This document shows, in pieces, positions 25,781 to 34,831 of a stretch of 64,000 nt of DNA. The position numbers were made by a program, and so were the translations under genes. The stretch lies in IMG/VR virus record IMGVR_UViG_2788500332_000006, positions 1-64,000 of that record. One strand, 5' to 3'. The stretch comes from a virus (Duplodnaviria > Caudoviricetes). The notes beneath the pieces are model-generated. The model was not told the DNA's origin and did no database searches. It was given only the letters and a program-made list of their open reading frames with translations. The first letter of the stretch is position 1. The number at the start of each line of letters is the position of its first letter.

Positions 25781-27840
25781 CACCAAATGCTCCCGCGGTT
25801 GTTGCCCCAGATGGAGCCCTGGTTTCCTCCCGGCGCCGAGCTACTCCCGCTAGACGGGCCTTGCGGCGCTGGTGGTGGAGGGGCGGCGGCTCGCTGGCGC
25901 TGCGGCGGCCCTTCGCGAAGACGGGATAGGCCGAGGAACGAAGCGATGGCAGCCTGCATCGCCTCGACGTCCAGGAAGTGGTTCTCCTTTGAGCGTTGAA
26001 CCCACCTCACCTTTCCGCCGGGGGCGACGATGCGCGCCTCGCTGACGATCTGCTTGCAGTAGTCGTCGGAGATATCCTCCGGCAGATACCAAGCACCCGC
26101 GGCTGCTTCCCACCTGATGCGCTGCTGCACCCACGACTTCCAGTGATCGGTGTCGAGGCGGATCAGCTCGAGCCCGTTCTTGATCTCCTTCCCGCCAATG
26201 ATCACGTCGATCTGGCTCGGAGTGATCGGCTTGCGGAGCGGAATCGACGATCCCTTGGTGGCTCGCACGTTGTGGAAGTGCTGCCTCGCGAACTCGTAGA
26301 CGCGGTGCTCCGGCACGAGAAACTTCTTGCCGGGGCGAAAGCCGGAGTCGACGAAGCACATCCTGATCGGCATGCCGTCGTAGGTGTCCGACACCATCTC
26401 GCCGAGAAGCCGCCAGACCTCTTTGCCCTCTGTCGCGCCGAAGACATCTTCGGCCTCAAGGAGCCAGGAGGTGCCGCCGGCACCCCACCCGCGTCGGCCG
26501 ACCACCAGCCTGTCCTGCTGGACGTCGACGGTCATGGTCTGGACGCGGACTCCGTCGGGCGTTTCACCAAACCGGTACGCGTCGACGCACTTCTTGACCT
26601 CGGCCCACGCCGGCACGTTGCCCGAGCCCGGCGCGTAGAGCTCGCCGAAACCGGCGTTCTTGACCGTCTGGACCTCGTTCTGGTCTCCCGACCGAACCGC
26701 CTCCACATAGCGGGCGGCACGCTCGCCCCATGTGACGAAGGGCGATGCGAGGCCGGAAATCCAGTAGCTCAACGTCCAACTATCAGGCGGAGTGCCGTGC
26801 TTCGTCCCGTCGGGGTCGATCTTCTGCCCGGGCGCGACAAAGTCTCCCTTGGAGTTCATCCACTCCTTGTTGGACATGTTGGTGCCCGGCCGGACCTCAT
26901 CTTCGTAGATGGCGGTCCCGCACCGCGGGCAGGCCAAATGCGCCGTGTTCTTCGCCATTGACGAGGTGGACGGAAGCTCCCGCCCGCTCTCGTCCTTGGG
27001 CTTGTCCCAGGCGAGACAGGTAAACCTCGGGACGAAATACTCTTCGCAGTGCGGACAGGGCCACGCCCAGTGGTAGCGCGTCCCCGACAGCCAGAGGCGC
27101 CAGATCGTCGACTTGACCTCTTCCGGGTCGGAGTCGGCCCAGAATTCCAGGCCGCTCTCCTGGTCGAGCTCCACCTCGGCCGGCCCGACGGATGGGGTCG
27201 ACGTGATCATGTGGACGAAATCCGGATAGCTGTCGCCACGGGCATCGACCAGCGTGATCGGACTGCCCTGGTTACGGACATTCGCCATCAGCTCGTCGGC
27301 TTCATCCGTGCAGGCGAGACCGAATGGATCGGACTTCAGTGCGCCGGAGCTGCCGCCGTGCGCCAGGCGGAGCGGCACGCCGTTGATCGTCTTGCGCGTC
27401 TTCTTCTGCCGGCTCGCCGGCGCGCACAGCCCGCGCAACGGCGTGTTGTCCATCAGGTCCTGGACGCGCGGCTCGAGCTGCTCCGTCAGGAACTGGCGCG
27501 ACGGGCCGACATAGATGATCGGCACCGCCGACGAGTACAGCCGCTCGGCGATCAGATCGAGGATGGACTCGGTCTTGCCGGACTGCGCCGACACCACCAC
27601 CACGATGCGCTTATGGGTGCGTGCGTGCGCCGCCATCACCGGTGCGATCATGTAGGGGGTCAGGTAGGGGTTTCTTGGCCCGGGGTGTCCGGAACTGTCA
27701 GGGTACTTTCGGTTCTTTGCCCACTCAGGCGGCGTCGTCCTCGGCCGTGGCTTCAGGATCTTCGCGACCCGTTTCAAGACGATTTCTCGCTTTGGCGAGA
27801 AGATCGCAGAGCCGGAGGCGCTCTTCGTCGAAGATGTCAT
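25780..27840 (-). CDS. Terminase large subunit (lambda GpA family); start approximate
   Basis: TPYM, SAQSGKT, DEAD, STP, CPHC/CPRC, VDVQ, NHFLD. Confidence 0.93.
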   Translation of the reverse strand: MTSSTKSASGSAIFSPKREIVLKRVAKILKPRPRTTPPEWAKNRKYPDSSGHPGPRNPYLTPYMIAPVMAAHARTHKRIVVVVSAQSGKTESILDLIAERLYSSAVPIIYVGPSRQFLTEQLEPRVQDLMDNTPLRGLCAPASRQKKTRKTINGVPLRLAHGGSSGALKSDPFGLACTDEADELMANVRNQGSPITLVDARGDSYPDFVHMITSTPSVGPAEVELDQESGLEFWADSDPEEVKSTIWRLWLSGTRYHWAWPCPHCEEYFVPRFTCLAWDKPKDESGRELPSTSSMAKNTAHLACPRCGTAIYEDEVRPGTNMSNKEWMNSKGDFVAPGQKIDPDGTKHGTPPDSWTLSYWISGLASPFVTWGERAARYVEAVRSGDQNEVQTVKNAGFGELYAPGSGNVPAWAEVKKCVDAYRFGETPDGVRVQTMTVDVQQDRLVVGRRGWGAGGTSWLLEAEDVFGATEGKEVWRLLGEMVSDTYDGMPIRMCFVDSGFRPGKKFLVPEHRVYEFARQHFHNVRATKGSSIPLRKPITPSQIDVIIGGKEIKNGLELIRLDTDHWKSWVQQRIRWEAAAGAWYLPEDISDDYCKQIVSEARIVAPGGKVRWVQRSKENHFLDVEAMQAAIASFLGLSRLREGPPQRQRAAAPPPPAPQGPSSGSSSAPGGNQGSIWGNNRGSIW

Positions 27841-28249
27841 CGAGACGCCGCCTCTCCCTCGGAACACTGGTGATACGCGCCGGCAGACCGTTGAGGCTGG
27901 AGACGTAAATGCCGGTCTGCTCGTCGAAGATGCCAAGCGCCTCATCGAGGTCGATCGCCGTCCGATCGCGCAGAGCGCGAGCTTGACGGATGTCGGCGAT
28001 CTTCTCCTCGCGGAGCTTGTCCATGCTGGTCGTGCCGGTCTTCTTCTCGGCCCCCTCCTTCAGGAAGGCGATGTAGGCCTGAACCGTCGAACTGAGCGGC
28101 CACTTGCCGCGAGCCAGCGGCACGAGTGTCCCGTCCTTGGCGAGAAGCTGGAGCCAGCGCTCAGTGATGCCGAGGTGACGTGCCATTGCCGTGGTCGACA
28201 CCAACAGATCGCTGACGTCGGTCAGCACCGGGATCGCCTTCCTCGCCAT
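27725..28249 (-). CDS. Terminase small subunit (Nu1-like wHTH)
   Basis: MARHLGITERWLQ.L.KDG...G.W.L..TVQAYI; overlaps TerL. Confidence 0.88.
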   Translation of the reverse strand: MARKAIPVLTDVSDLLVSTTAMARHLGITERWLQLLAKDGTLVPLARGKWPLSSTVQAYIAFLKEGAEKKTGTTSMDKLREEKIADIRQARALRDRTAIDLDEALGIFDEQTGIYVSSLNGLPARITSVPRERRRLDDIFDEERLRLCDLLAKARNRLETGREDPEATAEDDAA

Positions 28250-28947
28250 CACCACCTCGTCAGCTTGTCGATGCGCTTCAGCACCGCCCTCTCAAGGAGG
28301 ACCGGCCCGTTGAGGAAGAAGGCCTCCGCGGATTCGTCCTCCGGGATTTCCTTCATCAGCGACGGGCCGTAGAGCCGGCGGAGCTTGCCGTACTTGACAC
28401 CGGAAGACGCGAACTTGCCGTCGGCGCCGCGCGGCTGGTCGGGCTTGCGGCCGAAGGTCCAGAAGATCTTCGGCGCATGCGTTGAGGTACCTTCGCTCGG
28501 CGGCCGGAACGCGTAGAAGTCGCCGTTGGCCTCGAACGATCGCTTGAAGATGCGCGGCCGATTCCAGACGCCCGACTGGACGGTGCCCTTGTCGGTGTCG
28601 ATGCGGCCCTTGTTGAATTTCCTGGCGGTGCGGGTGCCGGCGCCAACCGATCGCAGGCCCTTGTACTTGTCCGCGTCCGTGCCGCCCTTCACGCCGAAGA
28701 TGTCGTACGCGAGCAACGCACGCCGCGGAATGCCACGCGTTCCGGCGACCACATAGCCCTGATAGTTGCCAGCCTTCAGCGCCATCTGCTTGGTGACGGC
28801 CTTCTGGACGATCGTCTTGGTCTTGCGGCCAGCGTCGACGACACCGTTGAAGAGTTCCGTCCGGCCGGACGAGGCGAACAGCCGTTCAAGGCTGCTCCGG
28901 GCGATCGAAACCACCTTCACGTCCTTGGAGACCGTGATGACGCGCAA
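28249..28947 (-). CDS. Basic hypothetical protein, possibly gpZ-like tail completion
   Basis: TTG start with GGAG RBS; L.RLYGPS..KE motif. Confidence 0.55.
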   Translation of the reverse strand: MRVITVSKDVKVVSIARSSLERLFASSGRTELFNGVVDAGRKTKTIVQKAVTKQMALKAGNYQGYVVAGTRGIPRRALLAYDIFGVKGGTDADKYKGLRSVGAGTRTARKFNKGRIDTDKGTVQSGVWNRPRIFKRSFEANGDFYAFRPPSEGTSTHAPKIFWTFGRKPDQPRGADGKFASSGVKYGKLRRLYGPSLMKEIPEDESAEAFFLNGPVLLERAVLKRIDKLTRW

Positions 28948-29060
28948 GTTTCATCTCCGATGTTGATGCCGGCCTTCCACCGGCTCGGTGCCCGGGCCGC
29001 GCTGCACCTCGGCGCGCTGCGGCTGCTGAACTTCCGGGGCTCGAGCACTTCCCCAGGAAT

Positions 29061-29354
29061 TCAGGTGTCGATGCCTTCGGGGTGCTCCGCCGTGTGGATC
29101 TTGAAGTTCTTGACGTCGCGATAGTCCCGGCCGAGCTCCAGCTCTGCGCAGCCCGACCTTGGCGTATCTCGCACGATGTCCATGGCCGCATCGAATGAGC
29201 CGAACACGCCGGAGATCCCCAGCTTGTCTTCATCGTCCAGGCGAACGACGATCCAGATCGATCCGCTTTCCATCGTCGTCGCTCCTATCCGCCAGTCGAG
29301 GCACAACGCCTGGAATTCAACCAATGGATGCTGTTTTGCCGCCTTTGGCGCCAT
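29061..29354 (-). CDS. Hypothetical protein between cos and terminase
   Basis: 97 aa ORF in late-operon orientation. Confidence 0.5.
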   Translation of the reverse strand: MAPKAAKQHPLVEFQALCLDWRIGATTMESGSIWIVVRLDDEDKLGISGVFGSFDAAMDIVRDTPRSGCAELELGRDYRDVKNFKIHTAEHPEGIDT

Positions 29355-29460
29355 ACGGGCGGCGTCGGCACAACCGCAAGGCAGTGATTTGCAGGCGGCT
29401 TCAAATGGCGCCCGTGTCGGCTTTCCAACGCGAATCCGAACCCTGAAATCGAAATGCTCG

Positions 29461-29521
29461 AAATCGCGAAAATCCTGCGCTGCCGCCGACCCGCGGCCGG
29501 TGCTGCACCTGCGAAGGACCC
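29461..29521 (-). other. Lambda-like cos site: cosQ GGGTCCT (29515-29521), predicted 12-nt cohesive end GGTCGGCGGCAG (29480-29491)
   Basis: Aligns by eye with lambda cosQ-23 bp-GGGCGGCGACCT-CGCGGGTTTTCGCTATTT; upstream of a lambda-type terminase. Confidence 0.75.
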
Positions 29522-30171
29522 TACCCGGGGGGAGGGGTGCATCAGACTGGTTTCATTGGCTTTTCTCGGTTCGTTGCAGCGCGTCGCCGGGATTGCGGCA
29601 TTGCAGCGCGCCGGGCGGGGTGGTCGGGCCGGCGGCGGGACGCGTGCCGATAGGGCGGATAGCCCCGCCTGGCGCTCACTGGCGCCCGGCCCTTGCCTCT
29701 CCCCCTCCGGGGCACGTTGGTGCGTGCTGCCTTGCCGCCGGTCATGCGAGGGCATAAGACGGGGCTCGGGCCGTTGCCGGCCGGCGTCTGGTGCGTGGCG
29801 ATGGACGGGGGAGGATCGGCGTACGTGTCGCCTCTGAAGGGCGGGGTGACTCGCGGCCGGCCACGTGTCAAGCGCCTATCTCACCCCCTGCCCGTTCGCT
29901 CTATCGGCGGCAGGCTTATACGATACGTAGTAACCACTCGGTCGCGTCGCTTCGAAATGCCGACGGAATTCCGTGCCCCAAAAAAGGTAGGGAATCAGCC
30001 AGCGACGTATTCATAAATCACTGACATTACACGATTTTTCATGACATTCCGGTTTGCGAGAAAGGCCAAAAAGGCAGGGCGAAGTTCGCTAGATGGACGA
30101 GGTTTGGAGATTTGAAAATCATTATATTTCAGATTGTTATCATTTTTCTGGCCGGAAAACGAAAAATCAGC

Positions 30172-30200
30172 TTGTGATTTGTACGCTATGTACAAATATT
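30172..30200 (+). promoter_or_regulatory. Rightward promoter (TTGTGA-17-AATATT) overlapped by operator TTTGTAC-N5-GTACAAA
   Basis: Perfect 7-bp inverted arms 30178-30196 matching the operators at the cI/cro switch. Confidence 0.75.
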
Positions 30201-30204
30201 AGAG

Positions 30205-30660
30205 CCAACGGGACGCGAGACGGACCGGGGCGGCGGAAACGCCGGGTTCATTGAAATCGGTGGATTTTGGTCGGATCAGGCCAGTGGTTACCGCGATGAT
30301 CGAAAGGTCAAGTCGGTGGATTGCAGGCAGTGATTCGGGCAGGGTCCGGACCGAATATAGGGCGACCAAGGCCAAGCGGCCGGCACGACAAAGCCGGCAG
30401 GGGCAGGCAAAGGGAAGGGTCTCATGCTGGCGAGCCCATAAAGGACCAGCATCATCGAGGGTCTAGGCCGAAAGGCGCGGGAACGTAGATGGCAGCACAT
30501 CAGATGCACGCTTAGACCCACAACCGAGACAGGCAAGGGCAAGCGACAATCGAAAACCAACTTTGGAATTCGACGGCTTGGATTGACCGAAGCGCCGACA
30601 GGCACGCGGCCGGTTCAAGCCAGACAGAAGGGCGCCGGGCGGCAACGCTCGGCGCCTTTC
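30205..30660 (+). ncRNA. Candidate large structured non-coding/leader RNA
   Basis: No convincing ORF; many nested helices with G-U pairs and GNRA loops; ends in a 15-bp hairpin. Confidence 0.6.
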
Positions 30661-30719
30661 ACATTCCAGCGCCAGCCGGCGGCATCCCTGCCGGCTCGCC
30701 TTGGAATGGAGCTGCAAGC

Positions 30720-30842
30720 ATGCACGAACCCCTTGGTTATCTCGCTTTCAACATGGCCGGCCTCGGCCTCATCGCGGTCATCGCGACCGACAACCCCGTC
30801 TCGGAAATCATCCGGGCGGCAATCGCTATCTACCTGATGTGA
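30720..30842 (+). CDS. 40-aa hydrophobic peptide
   Basis: GGAG RBS; MHEPLGYLAFNMAGLGLIAVIATDNPVSEIIRAAIAIYLM. Confidence 0.5.
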   Translation: MHEPLGYLAFNMAGLGLIAVIATDNPVSEIIRAAIAIYLM

Positions 30843-30851
30843 GGGAAAACC

Positions 30852-31052
30852 ATGACCACGGATCGCGCCACCGCTCTTGGCTACACCGAAGCCGTTACCG
30901 CCGAAAACGCCGCCTATGTGCTCACCCTGATGGTTCAGCCGGGCACCGACCTTGAAGGCCAGTTCAAGGCTTGGGACTGCGACGAACAGGAGTTCATCAT
31001 GGTCTCGGGCTGGTCATTCGACATCTACCCGACTGCCGACCTCGCCGCCTGA
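30852..31052 (+). CDS. Hypothetical acidic protein
   Basis: GAGGG RBS, phage-like codon usage. Confidence 0.8.
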   Translation: MTTDRATALGYTEAVTAENAAYVLTLMVQPGTDLEGQFKAWDCDEQEFIMVSGWSFDIYPTADLAA

Positions 31053-31184
31053 CCACGTGATAAGCGCAGCGCCTCGGGGCATCCGCTGGGTGCCTCGCAC
31101 GGTGCGCTTATGGGCCGCTAAACGGTCCACCAGCACCCGTTCCGCCGCCACGTCACGGCGGCTCTAGCAAGAGGGAAAATCACC

Positions 31185-31268
31185 ATGCGTTCATGGTCGA
31201 TTACCCTTCGCTGGAAGTGGAGAAGGGCCACGGTGCGGCTCACCGTGACCCTTTCGATACCCCTCTAG
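31185..31268 (+). CDS. 27-aa Trp/Arg-rich peptide
   Basis: GAGGGAAAATCACC-ATG context like its neighbours; MRSWSITLRWKWRRATVRLTVTLSIPL. Confidence 0.55.
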   Translation: MRSWSITLRWKWRRATVRLTVTLSIPL

Positions 31269-31380
31269 CGCAAGGGGGCTCCGGGCCGAAAGGCTCGGAG
31301 CTTCCCTCAAGCTAGGCGTCTTCGGGCCGACGTGCAAGGCCCGCCCCCCGGCAATCATGCCACCTATGGAGACCTTCATC

Positions 31381-31950
31381 ATGGCTGCTTTCCCGATCCT
31401 CACCGGTTCCGCCCTCAAGTCCGCCATCGCCGGCCGCGCCAAGGCCGCCGCCAGCTTCACCGAACGCGAGCATCAGCTCGCCGCGTCGTGCCTCATGCAC
31501 GTCGAGCAGCATTCGTGCCCGTCGCACCTCAATGCGCTCTATCAGGCCACGCCGACCAACTATCGCGCCGGCCTGGTGTCGTGGTCCGTCGCGTTCGGTC
31601 GCGTCACCTTCGACAAGGACACCGGCGCGTTCGCCTACGCCAAGGGCAAGAAGACGGACGTGGATGGCATGCTCGCCGTCGCGCCGGCCAACTTCGAGAA
31701 GCAGAGCAAGACCACCCGCACCGAGAAGGAATTCGACGTCGCCGCCTACCTCGCGAAGGTGGTCGACACCCTCACGAACAAGGACGCCGACCCGCGCATC
31801 CTGCAGGCTGTCAAGGGCGCCCTGAACCTCGCCAAGATGCCGGCGCCGGCCAAGAAGGCGGAGAAGGCGGAGAAGCCCGCCAAGCCGGCTGCCGCCAAGG
31901 CGCCGAAGGTCGCCGATCAGGCCTCGGCTTCCGACCTGTTCGCCGCCTGA
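31381..31950 (+). CDS. Conserved phage early hypothetical protein with Lys/Ala-rich tail
   Basis: GGAG RBS, strongly biased codons, terminator 31971-31998. Confidence 0.85.
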   Translation: MAAFPILTGSALKSAIAGRAKAAASFTEREHQLAASCLMHVEQHSCPSHLNALYQATPTNYRAGLVSWSVAFGRVTFDKDTGAFAYAKGKKTDVDGMLAVAPANFEKQSKTTRTEKEFDVAAYLAKVVDTLTNKDADPRILQAVKGALNLAKMPAPAKKAEKAEKPAKPAAAKAPKVADQASASDLFAA

Positions 31951-32080
31951 TCACCGCCCCACGCAATCCAGCCGCTCCGGTCCGCCGGGGCGGCTTTCGT
32001 GTGTCCATGCAAGGGCGAGCTGGACTCGCCTTTCCACGGCCGCACGGCCGAACCCGCAATCATGCGAACGAGGTGACCCC

Positions 32081-32338
32081 ATGCGCGCGCTCATCGCCGC
32101 CCTTCTCATCGCCGGCGCGTCGCCGGCGCTTGCCGACGGCCCGGCCTTCTGGCTGGTCGATACCATCCCCGGCGCGGCGCCGACCATCGCCGTCGTCGAT
32201 GACTTCGAAGACGCGACCGCCTGCTATCAGGCCGCGATGGTCCGCCACGGGCCGGGCTTCGCCACCTGCGTCGCCCTCGACGAGTTTGCCGAGGTTGCCC
32301 TCTCTCACGCTGTGCTCCGCACCATGGGTGAGGAATGA
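32081..32338 (+). CDS. Secreted Cys-pair protein
   Basis: Signal peptide ending ASPALA; C-x14-C. Confidence 0.75.
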   Translation: MRALIAALLIAGASPALADGPAFWLVDTIPGAAPTIAVVDDFEDATACYQAAMVRHGPGFATCVALDEFAEVALSHAVLRTMGEE

Positions 32339-32541
32339 CCACGAGCGAGCCCGAGATTTTCGCGGTCATCTGGTGCGACTTCATCCCGCTCCATTTGCCT
32401 TTCGGAAGTGCTCCCGAGGCGGTCGCCTTCGCCAAAGAGATGGCCGCCCGCGCCGTCGTGGCCGGCGTCAATCTGGTCGGCCTTCGCGCCGTCCGCCTGC
32501 CGGAAGGCTCCGACGTACTTGAGACCCTTTGGGAGCCCTGA
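32335..32541 (+). CDS. Hypothetical protein
   Basis: ATGA coupling, GAGG RBS. Confidence 0.7.
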   Translation: MTTSEPEIFAVIWCDFIPLHLPFGSAPEAVAFAKEMAARAVVAGVNLVGLRAVRLPEGSDVLETLWEP

Positions 32542-32630
32542 CTTCCAGCCTAGCCGCCTCCGCCCGCCGGCGGCGGCTATACGGGCAATCAACCCGGCAC
32601 CCCCGCAACCATGCACCAGAGGAAACCATC

Positions 32631-32867
32631 ATGTCCGCCCTCACCCGGGCGCGCTCCTACACCGTGGGAACGCCCAACTTCGTAAGCCAGCGCGCCGCGC
32701 TGCGCTACTTCGCCACGCAGGGCCACGTCGACCCTTGGTCGGCCTTTACCGACGCGCTCGCCTCGGGCGCGATCGAGATCGGGCGGCCGTCGCTCGCTGA
32801 CCCGCGCGCCGTCGATTGCTACCCCGGTCGGGATGGCCGGTATCGCGTCGTCTACCTCGAGGACTAA
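32631..32867 (+). CDS. Hypothetical protein
   Basis: GAGG RBS preceded by the repeated hairpin motif. Confidence 0.75.
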   Translation: MSALTRARSYTVGTPNFVSQRAALRYFATQGHVDPWSAFTDALASGAIEIGRPSLADPRAVDCYPGRDGRYRVVYLED

Positions 32868-33142
32868 TGGCAATGACCATCCGGCTCGAAATCGCCGTCG
32901 CCTACAACTGCCGCCCCAAGAAGGGCGAATCCCGGCACACCGACGGCCGGCTTCTCAAGACATCGATCATCTTCGGCGAGTCGCTGGATGAGCTGCTTGC
33001 CGAGGGCCGCGCCGGTCGTGAGGCTGCCGAAAAATTCGCCCCTGGCTACACGGAGGTCATTTCCGTCCGCGCCTACGACAAGGCTGCCTTTCACGCCGAT
33101 CCGTTCGGCTGCCCGGCTCTTTTCGAGGCCGCGACCCTGTGA
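32867..33142 (+). CDS. Hypothetical protein
   Basis: TAATG coupling. Confidence 0.7.
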   Translation: MAMTIRLEIAVAYNCRPKKGESRHTDGRLLKTSIIFGESLDELLAEGRAGREAAEKFAPGYTEVISVRAYDKAAFHADPFGCPALFEAATL

Positions 33143-33190
33143 CCTTGGGGCTGGCTTCGGCCCGCTGCTGGTGCATCAGAGGGAAACACC

Positions 33191-33520
33191 ATGACCAAGA
33201 TCAAGATCGTCTGCAGCAAGTGCGGCGGGGATACCATCCTCCGCGATGCCTACGCCTATTGGGACGTTGAGGCGCAAGAGTGGGCGCTGTCCAGCGTCTA
33301 CGATGCTTTCCTCTGTTCAAGCTGCGGCCACGACGCATGCGACGAGGTACCGGCCGACGATGATAACGAGGCCTTTAGCCCAGAACAGACCGCGCGTGAA
33401 TATGGCTGGCTGCCTGATCCGTCCAGCACAACGCCTGGCGCGGTCTACAAGCGCGACCATGGCGAGACGTTTACCGCCTCCAGTTGGGCAGAAGCATGCG
33501 GCCTCGAATGCATCCGCTGA
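33191..33520 (+). CDS. Zinc-ribbon protein
   Basis: CSKCG...DAYA.WD...Q.W...CSSC; GAGGG RBS. Confidence 0.75.
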   Translation: MTKIKIVCSKCGGDTILRDAYAYWDVEAQEWALSSVYDAFLCSSCGHDACDEVPADDDNEAFSPEQTAREYGWLPDPSSTTPGAVYKRDHGETFTASSWAEACGLECIR

Positions 33521-33570
33521 CACGGCGGCCGGCTTCGGCCGGCCCCCTTCACCGCGCCGGAGAGATTGGG

Positions 33571-33810
33571 ATGCCTAAGAAACAAATCAGCCAAGAAGCT
33601 GCGCAGCTGATGCTCTCCACCCTACAGCGCATCCACGCAGTAGCGGTGTCCTTCGCGAACGATCCAAAAATCGAAAACCGCTCAGTGTGGCAGGCCTGTG
33701 CTGCCGAGGCAGCCGACGCCATCCATGCGGCGAGAGCTACTACCACACAGCGCCACCACACCGCGCGCCGGAGAGTCCGACGCGCCGCCAAGGAGAATGA
33801 TGATGGGTGA
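33571..33810 (+). CDS. Hypothetical protein
   Basis: GGAG RBS. Confidence 0.6.
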   Translation: MPKKQISQEAAQLMLSTLQRIHAVAVSFANDPKIENRSVWQACAAEAADAIHAARATTTQRHHTARRRVRRAAKENDDG

Positions 33811-34021
33811 CGAAAAACGATACCAGATCGCCGTTGGTGATGAAATCTATCGAGATGTGGTTAGGGCGCCGGATCGAGAACCGGGCGATTTTCTAACGCG
33901 ATCCGAGGCCGCTCAGCGAATTGTTGATGAGATGAACGGGGTGATCGAGATCGCCCGCATCACCCGTCGTCGCGCCATGCGGATCCTACGCGCCGAGACC
34001 AAAAAGAACAGCATCGCCTGA
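33797..34021 (+). CDS. Hypothetical protein
   Basis: AGGAG RBS, overlaps previous gene. Confidence 0.65.
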   Translation: MMMGDEKRYQIAVGDEIYRDVVRAPDREPGDFLTRSEAAQRIVDEMNGVIEIARITRRRAMRILRAETKKNSIA

Positions 34022-34108
34022 TGCTCCGGCCCGCCGACCGATGAGGCCGGCGACCCCGAGCGCCAATGCTCGATCACCCCGCAATTATGCACCAAGGAGA
34101 CCACCCCG

Positions 34109-34462
34109 ATGCGCCTTCCAGCGCTCGCGGCTTCTGCCGCCTTTCTCGCCCTCGCCGCCACCGTGCCGGCCCACGCCGACAGCTTCACGCTCGCCACGAT
34201 CTACGAAGATGCGTTTTTTGAGGGCGCACCGCTGTCGATCGACAACGCGGCGGCGATCGTCGCCACGGGCATGCCGGAACGCGCCTGCGTCCAGGCATCC
34301 CGCCTCGCCAACACCTATGGCGGGTTCACCGCCTGCATCCCCGTGCCGGACGGCATGACGCCCGAGTGCGCCAGAGCCCAAGCGGCTCCGACCGACAGCA
34401 ACCTCGAGTCCTGCTACGGCCCGGCGCTGCTCGCCGGCATGCGCGACGAATCCGAGAGGTGA
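34109..34462 (+). CDS. Secreted Cys-rich protein
   Basis: Signal peptide ending PAHA; four Cys; AGGAG RBS. Confidence 0.78.
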   Translation: MRLPALAASAAFLALAATVPAHADSFTLATIYEDAFFEGAPLSIDNAAAIVATGMPERACVQASRLANTYGGFTACIPVPDGMTPECARAQAAPTDSNLESCYGPALLAGMRDESER

Positions 34463-34722
34463 TCTCCCCTCACGTCTGGTCGCGCATCAACAAAAAATGG
34501 ATCGGCCTGTCTGGAAGAAAAGACGCCGCGGTGCGCGACACCCCCGACCCTCGCGGCCTGTTCATCTGGTCCTACGGAAACATCGCCGGCGCCGAGACAA
34601 CTATTCAGCGCGCCAAGGATTGGGTGGAAGCCCTCGCGGAGCACGAGGACATCCCGCCCGTCGACCGCTGGATCGACCCTTCCCGGTATCTCCGAGAGAC
34701 CTACGGCAACCGGCCGCGCTGA
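34459..34722 (+). CDS. Hypothetical protein
   Basis: GTGA coupling. Confidence 0.6.
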   Translation: MISPHVWSRINKKWIGLSGRKDAAVRDTPDPRGLFIWSYGNIAGAETTIQRAKDWVEALAEHEDIPPVDRWIDPSRYLRETYGNRPR

Positions 34723-34831
34723 ACATGGCGACGGCAGCTGTTCCCTGCATACCCGTGCCTTCGCCCCAAGCCCGGCCGCCCTCCTCCCGGTGGCCGGGCT
34801 CCCCGCACTCATGCGAACATGGAGACCTTCA

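Noticed and set aside
29843-29871. Leftward TTGACA as the late promoter
   Set aside because: Perfect -35 but no convincing -10 at 16-18 bp; left unassigned.
30010-30170. AT-rich tract as IHF or dif/Xer site
   Set aside because: Only partial consensus matches; could simply be a promoter UP region.
30205-30660. tRNA, tmRNA or group I/II intron identity for the structured RNA
   Set aside because: No cloverleaf/TTCGA arm in tRNA context, tag reading frame or intron domain V recognised; it does not interrupt a gene.
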